From contig JAWQFM010000003.1 in the NCBI GenBank assembly GCA_033442325.1, forward strand, positions 1,094,663 to 1,158,662: a stretch of DNA of 64,000 nucleotides, in the 5' to 3' direction. How positions within the stretch are numbered: position 1 is the stretch's first letter; every line of letters begins with the position of its first letter. The DNA is from Salpingoeca rosetta. Taxonomy: Eukaryota; Protista; Choanoflagellata. Shown here piece after piece: positions 11,219 through 23,900 of the stretch. The notes below the pieces were generated by a model that did not search any database, had not been told where the DNA came from, and saw nothing but the letters and a program-made list of their open reading frames with translations. The position numbers and the translations under genes are program-made.

Positions 11219-13858
11219 ATGGAAGTCAAGTCGCAGGTTCTGGAAACCCCTCCGCTAGAGGATGTGGCCAAGGGTGTGTGCGCGCGTGTGTGGTTGTGTG
11301 TGTGCGCGCGTGTGCGCGCGTGTGTGGTTGTGCGTGTATGTGTGCGCGCGTGTGTGGTTGTGTGTGGTTGTGTGTGGTTGTGTGTGGTTGTGTGTGTGTG
11401 TGTGTGTGTGTGTCTTGTGCTGCTCGCATTTGCGTTGCGCGAAGCCATCCCTTGTTGGTAGTAGTCACCGGTCGCACGCTCACACAACGTACCCACACAG
11501 CGCTTGAGACGGGGCTCAAGGGCTGCTTTGAGCAAGCGAGCGTGTCCGTCGTCGACTGCCCAGATCTGACCGCAGAACCTTACCACCTCGCTGCACCCGG
11601 TACGGCAGTAAGCAGAGAAGGAGGAATGACATGTGCGCAACAAATGCGTGTGCATGTGTGTGAAAGACAAAGAAGAGAACATACACAGCGAGCGTTTGCC
11701 TGTGTGGATTGCGTGCACCCCAACATACGCACACACACACACACACATATGTACACACACACACACACACGCACACACAGGCACACACACACACACCCTT
11801 GTAAAATCCGAGAGATCGGCAGCTGTCTGACCTAACCATGTACGCGCGATCACCCCCCTTCCCCACCCCAACGTTCGCCATGCAGGCATCTCAGGCTCTA
11901 CACGGCTTGTAGACGTCGGCGGCGTGCCAAACCTCATGCCACTTGTGGACCGATCGAAGGTGTACAACTTCAAACAAGTGGCCAAGGACATCGGGCTGCC
12001 TGGCGCCTTTTTCATCGGTGCTGGTGCCGGCTCCTCTCGTCTGGCCGGCGTCAACTGTGAGGTAAGCCACCCTTTCCTTGCACTGGTGCACTGGACACTG
12101 TCCCGAGCCTCAAACCGCTCGCTCCTTTGCGACCACCACCGCTGTGTAGTCAGTCCATCGTTGCATACCTCACCGAGCTGGACACCCATAAGGCCCCGTC
12201 CATGGCCTGCTTTGCCTCCCTTCGTCACCTCACCCCTTCACACGGGAACACGCCTTCCTCCCCATCGTGTTTGCCCTGCCTCCCTCTGTCTGGATCCTTT
12301 CCCAGATGATGCCCAACACCAACATTGCAACGCAGGAAATCCGTTCATACTTTGCCAAAGTCCGGCCCGAGGTAAGGCTCGATTGTGGGTTGTAGCGAGC
12401 GTGTGCCGCGCTGTGGCGTGTTATGCTGCATTGTGGCGAAGTTGCTTTGCTCTGCGCCATGTTGCGTTGCACGTGTACTCCACCCAGAGACCGATGCTGT
12501 TCCCTTATCCCCATAACATCCTGTTTTTTTTTTGTTTTGTTTTGCATCGCCCTCTCGGCCCGTGATCGAGGCAGACTGGCGACATGGTGCTGGAGCACTA
12601 CGAGTCAAACGAGTTTGGCTTGCTGGGCAACTTTCTTGCCAGCGAAGGCAAGCAGGGCGCAGTGCTGCGTGTTGAAGCATCCGTACGCACGGGGGACGAC
12701 AACTTTGTCACGTGCATGCGTCAATCACTTCAAGCAGCGTTTGGCGACAAGGTGTGCGGATCGTTGTTGTATGCATGTGCGAGTGCTGCGTGTGCATGCG
12801 CGTGTGTGTTGCATGTGCATGTGCATGTGCATGTGCATACTTGTGTGTGCGCATGCCTGTGCATATTTGTGTGTGTGTGTGTGTGCGTATGCATATTTGT
12901 GTGTGTGTGTTTGTGTGACCGCAAGCTCGTGTGTGCATGAGCGGCTTGCGATCTTTTCTTGCTGTGTGTCTACTTGTACGCGTGTTGTGTGTCTGTGGCG
13001 GTGGCTTGCTTGCTGGGTGTGTCGACACTGTACCGCGCAGTCTTCCGCTCATGTCGCCTTGTCACAACATTGTGCTGTGATCCTTTGCTGCAACAGCCCG
13101 TCGGCCTCGGCGGCGTGTTTGTCATTGAGGCTGGCGATGCGAAACTGCATGTCATGGTGCGTGGTGTTCATTGCGCGGCCAATGGTGACGCCGTGTGTTC
13201 CTGCACACAATGCACATACACGACACGCGCACGACACACGCCACACAGATACACACACACACACACACAGACACACACACACACAGACGCAGACACACAC
13301 ACACACACAGGGGGGAGACAGACAGACACACACACAGCCTTCTTTCAGCCCGCTCTTGACCATTGCCNNNNNNNNNNNNNNNNNNNNNNNNNNNNNNNNN
13401 NNNNNNNNNNNNNNNNNNNNNNNNNNNNNNNNNNNNNNNNNNNNNNNNNNNNNNNNNNNNNNNNNNNCACCCTTCAACGTGCACACCCTCGCTGCCACAT
13501 CAGGGGCTGGATTTTGCGTGTGGAGCACACGCACTGCTTCAGCCAGCATGGCCAGGGCGGCCACTACCATTACGACACAACACCGGCAAACGTCAAGTAT
13601 GTTGGGTACTTCTCCGTCGCAGAGCACATCTATCGCGTGGACGCACCCAAAGTGACCCACCAAGTGAGTCTGCCTTCTGCCGTGATTCAACCTCAACAGG
13701 ACTGTTGCGTCACCCCCCCCCCCAAACTACGCGTTGACAAGACGTCCAATGCAGCAACAGTTGGGGTTCCTTATCCAACTGACATGAATCATTGATGCTC
13801 ACATTGCGTACACGCACAAACACCACACAAACGACACACGCAGATTGGGCGAGACTGA
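11219..13858 (+). CDS. C11orf54/PTD012 (DUF1907) Zn-dependent enzyme, about 9 or more exons; at least one exon hidden in the gap 13368-13467
   Basis: VSVVDCPDLTAEPY, VDVGGVPNLMP, FFIGAGAG, GVNCEMMPN, LLGNFLASEG, PVGLGGVF, EHTHCFS..GQGGHYHYDTTP, and a terminal exon IGRD* (13844-13858) matching the family C-terminus. Confidence 0.93.
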
Positions 13859-14544
13859 AGCGAGGCCAGCAGCACCTAGGACACAACACCGCGCCGCCAC
13901 CAAATCCCACCAACACCACACCATGACACACGGGTCCGCTTGTTACTTTGGTGCTTGTGCAGACGCAGTTGTATTGTGTCCAAACACACAGTTACGTTAC
14001 ACGTGGTTCACTCAGAAACGAGAAAGAGAGCGACGGTTACGATAGTTATGAACGTACTCTCTGTGAGAAGACAAGGGGGAGGGAGAAGGAGAAGGAGGGA
14101 AGAGGGAGGAGGGAAGAGGGAGGAGGGAAGAGGGAGGAGGGAAGAGGAACTGCGCACACACGCACACACAAATGTACGCACACACACACACACAAATGTT
14201 CGAGTACAGATACACAAGCAAAACAACCACCAACTCAAACGCAAGACGACCATGAGGATGACAATTAAATATGGAGGCAGATGTAAAACAGCTTTGGGAA
14301 GGAAAGGTACGACGGGGAGGGAGAGGAGGGGGAGAAGGAAAACTCGTCAACTTACTTACGAATATACAAACTCTAACTAGTAGACGGACACATATGATGC
14401 GAACACAACAAGCACACACGCAACGGGAGAAGCGGACAGCAGGACGCCACACGCATGCACACCACCCTGCACACACGTCGTGGTGGTGGTGGTGGTTGTC
14501 AAGCACTGTTGCGTTACCTCCGACCAACAGCACACCATACAGAT

Positions 14545-16733
14545 TCAAGGGTCTGCAGAGAACCGAGCTGCGCTGACAACGAGGCGGCTCAGCATATCCT
14601 CCACCTGACCGTGTGGGGAGCGCAAACTAGCTTCTTGTTGCGATTGCTGGTCTTGTTGCTGTGGTTGAAGGTGGTAGTGGCGAGACCGCTGACGCTGGTG
14701 CTGGTGCTGGTGCTGGTGCTGTTCCTCCAGCAGCTTTTTCTTGCGGTTGCGCCGGTGACCACGGCAGCCACGCCGGGTCTTCTTCTTCTTGATGCCGCAC
14801 ACCTCAGCGCACATCCAGGACGGAAGCGCGTGCTTGATTTCGTTGGTCGACAGCATGGTGGGCTCAATGTCGTCGTTTGAGTCAGCGGGGCTTGAGGCGC
14901 CCTCTCGCTCCTCGCCGTCCTCAGCAGGCGCACCATCGTGTTCGTCGCTGCTCTCCCCACTGAGCTGGTGCCGCCTGGGTGGCAGGGCGGGCGACGTTAC
15001 AGCAGCAGCGGCGCTGGCGGCGTTGTTGCTGCCGGCCACCTTTGGCGCCTTGCTGTTGTTTGTGGTGCTGCTGTTGGTGCTGGTGCTGCTGCGCTTTGAA
15101 CGCTGCCTGGTCGGGTTGGGTGCAGCGGCAGGCGTGGATGGAGGCACCGGCGCACCTGTGGGAACAAAGCCGCTCGCAGGCCCGACGTGTGCAGTGGTGG
15201 GCAGAAACCGCGAGCCAGCCATGTGCTGCTGCTGCTGGTGTTCCTGCTGCTGCTGGTGTGGGTGGGTCGCCACACCTGTGAGAAGCAGCGGGAAGTTGGG
15301 GACGGGGCTGGGCACTGCCACGAGCTGCGCCGCGGAAGCAGCAGCCCGCATGGGATGGGGATGAAGGTGGGGATGGTAGGGTGGCTGTTGTTGCTGGGGA
15401 CGGTAGGCCTGGGCGAGGTGGTGGGCCGGAAAGCCCGGGACGGGCGTGGGCGCCGCCATGAGATGCCGTTGGTGCGGCTGTTGGCGGTATGGGTGCAGGT
15501 GCACTGCGGTGTTGTCCGGCGAGCCGAGCAGGGTTGTTGGGGTTCCAAACCCACTGTCGAGGGAACTGCATCGTGTGTGGCGGCTGTGTGGGCCTGCCTT
15601 GTTGGTGCCGCCGCGGTTTTTGCGGCTGCGTCGGTTCCTCGTGGCACCAGGCTTGGTGCTGCCCCCAGCCTTCCGGCCAGCGGTGTTGCTGGTGTTGTTG
15701 GTGTTGCTGGATGGCGACCGCTGCTGGCTGTGGCGGCGGGCGTGGGTGGCTGGGGCGGTCGAGTCGCCGAGAAGCGCCTGCGGGTGGCTGAGCAGGGGCG
15801 GGCGCATGGACGACGAGCCGCTCGCGGCTGTACACAGACTCGCACCTGCTGCCACAGCTGGGAACAGGGCCCCAACAAGTGCGGAGGTCGATGGAGCAGA
15901 GGCATGAGGGCAGGGCTGCAAGTCATCTTCTTCAGTGTCGCTGACAGACGCGCTCGAGCTGCTGCTGCCGCTGCTGCTGCGACTGCTGCTGCGGCAGCTT
16001 GCGTCGTCAACGTCGTCGTCATCGTCGGCGTCGCTGTGGCCGCGGGTGGCGCGTCGAGTCTCTGGGCCGCTGTGCAGGTCTTCTTCCTCCAGGTTGATGC
16101 TCTCGATGGAGTGGTTGCGGCACCGGCGGTGGCGACGAAGCAAGGGGGAGAAGGAGAATACTGCGTCGCCAAAGCATGCGCGCGCTGACGCCGAGGAGGA
16201 GTTTGAGGTTGAGGTTGAAGATGCGGGCGAAGAGGATGATGACGAGCATGACGAGGATGATGGCTGTGAGGGGGCCACAGCGCTGTCGGCATCGTCGTCG
16301 CTGTTCTGTGGCCCGCGCAGGGAGATAAACTCGGCGGGTGATGAGGCTCGGCTCGATCCGTGCTCGACCCGTGTTGATGATGGTGTTGGTTAGTGTCAAA
16401 GTGGCCGGAGATGGCGTCGAGAATGCTGGTGGGGGACGTCAATCCCGGCAGGGGATGCATGGCCGAATCAGATCGGTCTATGGCATTCAAGCCAGGCTTC
16501 ATCGCCTGCCTGTTGTTGTTGTTGTTGTTGTTGTTGCTTTTGAGTGCGACAAGGTCTCGGTCATCGTCGTAGGATGGTGGTTGCCATGTGTCGAGGGCAG
16601 CCATGTTGATGTCGTCCACGTCAATGTGGAGGGCGTAGGATGGCTGAGCCGCGGAGCTGGCTTGAGGATTTGGGGCCGTTGAGCGAGGCTGACCTTGCAG
16701 GTGCAAGCCTGTGATGCCTGCGAGCACACTCAT
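14545..16733 (-). CDS. Uncharacterised, probably disordered protein (about 730 aa if joined); apparently intronless and split by a frameshift near 16352-16373
   Basis: Frame A (ATG 16733) reads as natural protein to ...HFDTNQHHHQHGSS. Frame B has stops just upstream (~16390-16398) and reads naturally from HGSSRASSPAEF...NSDDDADSA to the stop at 14545. Basic motif KKKKTRRGCRGHRRNRKKK near the C-terminus. The region has no intron-type microsatellites. Confidence 0.6.
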
Positions 16734-17973
16734 GTTGTGAGTGCAAGGATGGGGGGGGGGGAGGGGGGAGAAGAGAGCAGTTGGTGGTGGTGGTGGTGGT
16801 GGTGGTGGTGGTGTTGGTGTTTAACTAAGGCTCTCGACACAGGTGGATGGATGGCTCGAGGCGTTGCAGGTGTGTGGCGTGGACTGGTGGTGGTGTGGTG
16901 CGAGCGCGCGGAATGGATGGGGGATGACTACGACCGATCGATAATCGCCACCACACGCACGGCATACAGAATGCCTTTTGATGCAGCAAGCATAGAAGAA
17001 AAAGCAGGTAGGATGGAATGTGTGTGGGAACGTGTGTGTGGAATGTTGGGTCTTGTGGGAAGCGATGAATGGTGCTGTGTGCACGACGCGCATACCACGA
17101 AAACTGTTTCCTCACCGTGGCTGATGTCGTTGCTGGCGTTCGTGGTCGCCGTTGTTGTTGTTGTGGGAAGGGCAACAACAACGCGGGAACAGTATGCGGT
17201 GGAAAGAACAGATACGAGGAGAGAAAAAGCGGAAACTCACGCAGTGTGGTGGTGGTTGTGGTTTGGCCGTTGAGGCACCGCTGTCAGTAGTGAAGAAGCA
17301 AAGAAGAAGAGAGGAGAGAAGGGAACAACAGTCGCTAGTCACTGCTTGTGTGTTGCTTCTCGCCTGGAATTTGCAGGGTTCAAAGCCAAACACCTGACCA
17401 GTCCAAGCAAGCAGACAGTTGCCGCAGTGTGGGGGTATGTGTGTGTTGGTTTGTGGCGTGGGGGAGGTGCGGCTTGTTTGTTCGTTTGTGTGTGTGCAGG
17501 TTGGCGATTTTCCGCAGGCAAAAAAGAAGGGCAGGCATGAACACGCACGCAAGCAAGCACAAAGGCGTGTGGGCACAAGCACAGAGACGGCGAAAAACGG
17601 TTATTCTTCGTGCGTCATTCAAACCGTGTGCGGCTGAACCCGCACAAACATGCAGCACAACGGGCCTGCGAACGCAACCGGACGCCAGAGGAAATATGGT
17701 TGAAGATATGTACAATACGGCAATTTTGATAATTTTCCGGGGACGTACCACTCTGTTCCGTTGCGGGAACTCTCAACGTTTTCTCAACTACAATTTATCA
17801 CGTCGCAGAACTTTCCGCACTTGATCGATCGAGGCAAGGAGGAGGATCGAGCGCACACGTTTGCACCAACAACACACGAACACACACACACACACACGAA
17901 CACACACACACACACACACACACCACACAAGTACACACACACACACACACACACACCACACACACACACACAC

Positions 17974-18946
17974 TCATTGCTGGTCTTGCTGCTGGTCGTC
18001 TGCTTCGAGGAAGGAGGTGAGGTCTTCGGGTGAGCCATGTCTCCAGGTGGACAGCCATTGCTCAACCTCGCGCACAGCATCCATCGACATGATCAGCGTC
18101 GGGTGGTTCAACATATCATACACATTAATGTCTGTGATGTCGTCGTGTGCAGGGGTATGCGAGAGTCAGGGGTGGAGGAAAAGAAAGAAAAGGGTGAGGT
18201 TGGCGATTTCTTTGCTGAAGAGAAAGGTGGCAGCACCACACACTGACAATTTGGGGTGGGCGAGTAGGGGGGGGGGCATTGCTTCCCGTCTCACTCTCAC
18301 TCTCACTCACACGCACTGTTGTCGAGCTCTCTCTCTCACTCACACACACACACACGCTCACACACACACACACACGCTCACACACACACACACACACACA
18401 CAAGGTGTAGCGGCGTACCTCGCTGGGGCATCACGGTCACGTCGTCAAGCCCCTCTGCAGCTGCGCTCAGGTTTGGCGGCAACGAGTTTCTGAACAGGGA
18501 ACGCAGAGCAACAAGGGGGAGAGGGATGCGAAAGAAAAAGAGAACGAAGAAGAGGAAGGCGGGAACGAGGCACAGGTGCACGGTCAACTGACGTATTGAG
18601 GCCCGAAAACAGCAAACACAAACAAACAAAGCAAGCGAACAAACAAGCACAAACAAGCAAACAAAGCGACCGGAAGTACACACACACATAAACACACACA
18701 CGCACACACACACACATAAACACACGCACGCACACACACACACACACACACGCACGCTAACAATCAAGACTTTGCCGGTGATGGCATGCGCTTGCAGAGC
18801 CTCCAGCAAATCCTGACGAGAATAGAGCCTCCAGCAAATCCTGACGAGAATAAATCAACAGCGGGGGAGGGGGAGGGTTGGAATCGCTTGGTGTGCACAC
18901 ATGCTGGCGGAGGTACACGAGCATTCAGTGCAGGTGCACGAACGTT

Positions 18947-19000
<54 letters not shown>

Positions 19001-20812
19001 CCACACAGAGTACTGCTCCCGCCGGCATCACCTCTTCGTTTGAGGAAGGGAGGTTGAGCGAATCCACAATGAGGAGGTCGTTCTGCGCCAGTTTCGCCGA
19101 GAGGGCGACGCGGACACCCATCCTACAGCAGACACACAACACAACACAACACAACACAACACAACACAACACAACACAACACAACACACACATATGCAAG
19201 GCCAAGTTGTCAGTGAGCGCAGGCGCAGAACTGAACGCAGAGTTGTTGGATCTGGGCTATCAAGCCCATCCGTTGCAAATGCGCCAATACGCACGCACGT
19301 ACACGCGCACGCACACGCGCACGCACACGCACACGCGCACACACACACACACACACACGCACGCACGCACAGCATTGGTGTCTCACCGCTGGACTTTCTT
19401 GGGCAGCTTGATTGACCAGTCCTTAGGGGTTGGGCCGTGCACCGTGCCACCTACATGCAACGAGACACAGGTGAACGAAAAAAGTAAACACACAAGCGTT
19501 GCACCATCGCACAGAAAGGTGCACACATTTGTTCACAAGCAGATACATACACACGCACACACACATGTACACACATGTACACACATGCATGCATACACAC
19601 ACATGCATACATACATGCACACGCACACTTGCAAACGACTGACCGCCTCGGAAGAGAGGAGAGCGAATGCTGCTGGCACGTGCGCGTCCAGTGCCCTTCT
19701 GTTGCCACGGTTTCCTGATCACAGCCACCACAAGTACAGCCACGCACACACGTGTGAGAAGCAACCAAACAACCAGCACCACGCACGGTGTGCAACAAAG
19801 AAGGGACTGGCGAGCGCGAAGAACAAAAAGCATAAAGACGTCGCGTGACTGCATGTATGCAGCGTCGCTGACTCACTTTCCGCCACCGCGCACTTCACTC
19901 CGTGTCTTTGTCTTGGCAGTACCCTGTGCACACGAGCGAGTGCACCAAAGCGCAAGCGACACATCAGCACTCGCCATAGTGTACCATCATGCACACACAC
20001 ACACACACACGCAGCCACCGTACTATCGTGCGCAAAGATAGCACAACATATCACACATCCCAGACACATGCAGGCACAAACATTCATGTACAGCCACACA
20101 CCAGAAACACACACACGCAACCACAAAGATACACCATGCTACAGACACACACACATGCCATGCTACACACCATGCCACACACACACGCACACCCTTCCTT
20201 ACCGCTCTCCAGGATGCGCGCTGAAACACGACGACGCGCTGCAAGATGTCTTTTCTTAGATCTTCGCCAAACACTGTTGGGTCAAGCTCCATCATACCCA
20301 CCTGTGGCACGACAAAGAAGGAAACCAGCAGTGCACACCAAAGTACATCGCATGACAGAAGCACACACACACAGACAAACAGACACACAGACACACAGAC
20401 ACACAAGAGGCAGGAACGCTGTCAGCGTCGAAGGCACACATCGCCACATGGGCAACCACACACAGCCAGGAACAGAAACAGACAGCAGGGGGAGGTGGTG
20501 GATATGCTCCTGCAGCCGACGCATGTACAGGCTCCCCCCCTCAACATACACTTCCACACAGCAACAACGCACCCGGTAGGCGGCTGGCAGCGATGTGACC
20601 CATGCTTGCAGAGGGGTTGTTGGTTGTGGCTTCTTGGGGAGGGGCCCGCCCAACGGGCTAGACACGCGCGTGCTGACCATAAGTGGGCGGCACGCATGTC
20701 CCATTACCGTCGCCGGCAGTGGGGTTCGCTGTGCAGTGGCCACCGCAGCGGCTGTCACTCGTGCACTGCTGCACCGTGCGCTGCGCACCAACACGCTGCC
20801 CAGCATCATCAT
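17974..20812 (-). CDS. MRPL4: Mitochondrial ribosomal protein uL4m, about 9 exons, N-terminal transit peptide
   Basis: [79 protein letters not shown], and [15 protein letters not shown]; R/S/A-rich N-terminus. Confidence 0.93.
18796..18851. repeat. Perfect 28-bp tandem duplication spanning an MRPL4 3' splice site
   Basis: AGAGCCTCCAGCAAATCCTGACGAGAAT occurs twice (18796-18823, 18824-18851). Confidence 0.95.
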
Positions 20813-20881
20813 CGTGCTCCTCGAGAGGTGGTTGTGGAGGATTATGTGTGTCACAGTGATATTTCTTGGACGGCGGATATT

Positions 20882-20903
20882 ATGGCCTTCCTCGACTCTG
20901 CTT

Positions 20904-20991
<88 letters not shown>

Positions 20992-23900
20992 TGCATTCTC
21001 ACTTCGCTTGCTTCTTGTCGTTCTTTCCTCAGTCTCCCTCAGTCTCCCTCAGTCTCCCTCAGCCTCCCTCAGCCTCGCTCAGTCTCGCCTCCGCGCTCTG
21101 CCCTGCTCTCCTTGCCTGGAGTTCGCTCTCACATGGCCGTCGTCGTGCCTTGTTCTCGACTCGCACTTGTTGTTTTGTCTGGCGTCACAGGCACGTACGC
21201 GAGGACGCGGTCACTAAACTGGGCATCAAGACCCTTAACGATGCCCTGAACACAGACTTGAAGAAGTTTGGCGCAGAGGTACGACTTGTTGGCTTGCAGA
21301 TGGTCATACAACGGAGTGCATTTTGTTGCCATCAATCAACTACCTCGCACACACACCACACACACATGCAGGCACAGAGGTGCAGCTACTGTGTGCCTCC
21401 GTGCTCCCTTACCACCTCACCACCACCACCACCACCACCACCCCACCACCACCACCACCACCACCACCACCACCACCCCACCACCACCACCTCAACCACC
21501 ACCCCCCACCACCACCACCACAAATGAATCTGATGACGATGACTCTGTAGGTTCTTCCTCCAAAGTGTGACAGCGGCCAAGTCCAATCCCTTCCAGGACC
21601 TCTTGTCTTACAGGTTGTGAGCGTTCGCAACATTGCTGCACCCAGCCATGACCCAAGCAATCAGGGAGCACCTCGGATGCTCATGGTGCGGCTGACAGAC
21701 GGCCACACGAAAGCAACCGCCCTTGAACTGCAACACCACCCGCGGCTCTCCCAGGACACGGCGCCCGGCACCAAAATCATGTTTCCCGCCAACACCATCC
21801 AGTTGGACAACGGCTTCATTACACTGACCCCTGGGACGGCAAAGGTGCTCGGCGGCAAAGTGACAGACCTGTACGAGCGTTGGAAACTGCAGCGGGACAT
21901 GCGCGCCGCTGGCGCTCGTCTTGACACCACAGGCATGCGCTCTGGCCGCCCCACTTTCCGCCCGTTCTCTGCGGTATGGTGCATGCACATGCGTGTGCAC
22001 GCATGCGTGGGAATATTCCTGCGTACTCGTGCGTACTCGTGCGTACTCGTGCGTGTTCGTGAATGTGTGCAGCCGTGCATGTGTGTTCGTGTGTGCGTGT
22101 GTGTACATCTCTCACTTCACTTCACGTCATGTCATAACGTGCTCCCTTTCTGACTCAACCCCCTCACCCCCCCTCACCCTCGGCGCAACTACCACCACCA
22201 GGCTGCAGTTCAGGAGGCACGGCAGCGAAAACAGCGAGGCGAGTCAGCACCGCCACCGCCGCCATCATCGTCCAACCGCGACGCCAGCCCGCCAGCCCGC
22301 GAGAAGCTCAAGACAGACACGACGCTCGCTGCCTTCCATGCTCGCAGCAGCGGTGCACAGCAGCAGGAGGTCAAGCAGGCGCTTGTCGACCGCTCCCGGC
22401 GGCAACATGAGGAGAGGCGCGCTGAGCGGCGAGCACGGCGTGGACGGCGTGGGCGCGGTGCATACGATGACGACGAGGATGACGGGCTCATGAGTTTGGA
22501 GGAGTATCAGCGGAGGCAGCAGCAGCAGGGTGGTGGTGGTGGTGGCGTCACTACCACTGGCACGGGCAGCGTTGGCAGTCACGCCAAACCCTCCCAAGCA
22601 GCGCGGGCGCTGTCGCCATCATCGCCATCGCAGGCACACGGTCGCGGTACTGGCGGTGGTGTTGCTGCGTCGCCGGATCTCGTGGCGATGCTGGCGGAGA
22701 TGGGCTTTGAGCTGCCGGCCGCCACGCGCGCGCTGCAGGCAACCAGCAATGACATCGAAGCAGCCATTTCGCGCCTCACCGCCTCCCCAAGCGCCGCACC
22801 GCAGCCACAGCCATCGCCATCATCGTCAGTGTCGTCGTCGCCGCATCGAGGACGTCAGCACGGTCGCGGCGGCGGCGCGGGATACGGGCAGCGCGATGGC
22901 CGCGGTGGACGCACGGGCCGATATGGCGGCAGCAGCGACGACGACAGCAGCAGCAGGACAGGCGGTGATGGACGGCGTGGTCGTGGCGGTGGCGATGGTC
23001 GACGGGAGCACCAGGCGCCGCACCAGCGCGGATATCGTGATGGTGGTGGTGGTCGTGAGGATGGTGATGGGTATGGTGGTGGACGAGGGTGCGGTCCTGG
23101 GAGAAGAGATGAAGCGCCAGCGCGGCGCGGGAGGGGCAGTGGTGACAGTGGTGATGGTCGCCACATGGGTGCACGCAACGTGAGGAGTGAGCGGCCACGC
23201 GGCAACGACGGCGGTGTGCCCCGGCGCAGAGAGCAACAGCAACAGCAGCCAAGGCAGCAACCACCAAAGCAGCCACCAAAGCAGCAGCCACAGCAACAGC
23301 CAAGGCAGCAGCAACAACAACAGCCAAAGCAACAACAGCAACCAAGGCAGCAGCAACAGCAGCCAAGGCAACAGCAACAGCCACCAAAGCAGCAGCAACA
23401 GCAGCAGCCAAAGCAGCAACAACAGCCACCAAAGCAGCAACAACAGCAGCCAAAGCAGCAACAACAGCAGCAATCGAGGCAGCAGAATCGAAGTGAGCTG
23501 GGTGTTGGGTCGGCGTGCGATGCGCTTTTCTATGACGATGGGCTGGTGTATCCTGCACAAGTGGTGAACATCAACCCAGCAGGGGACGTGCTGGTGCAGT
23601 TTGAGTACTACAACAACGTGCAGTGGACACAGGCTGGCCACATCTTCCCACGCCAGCCGCAGCCGCCACAGCTGATGATGCCGCAACAGCAGCAGCAGCA
23701 GCCACAGCAGCAGTCACAGCAGTCACAGAAACAACCAAAGCAGTCACAGAGACAACCAAAGCAGTCACAGAGACAACAGCGGCAGGAGAAGGGCGCCAGG
23801 ACGACTGGCGGAGGATCGAGGTTTCGCAAGGGCGACGCGTGTCTCATCTCCTTTGAGGGCAGCACTTGCAAGGCAACGCTCACGTCTGAACCAAAGGCCG

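Noticed and set aside
14545-16733. Antizyme-like or retroelement gag-pol frameshift gene
   Set aside because: No UCC-UGA +1 site, no antizyme, gag, RT or integrase motifs, and no LTRs.
17590-17830. Microsatellite-free intergenic stretch with small hairpins (GTGCGG...CCGCAC; GTTCC...GGAAC), considered as tRNA or ncRNA
   Set aside because: Stems are only 5-6 bp with no cloverleaf or snoRNA boxes; more likely the promoter of the 16733 gene.
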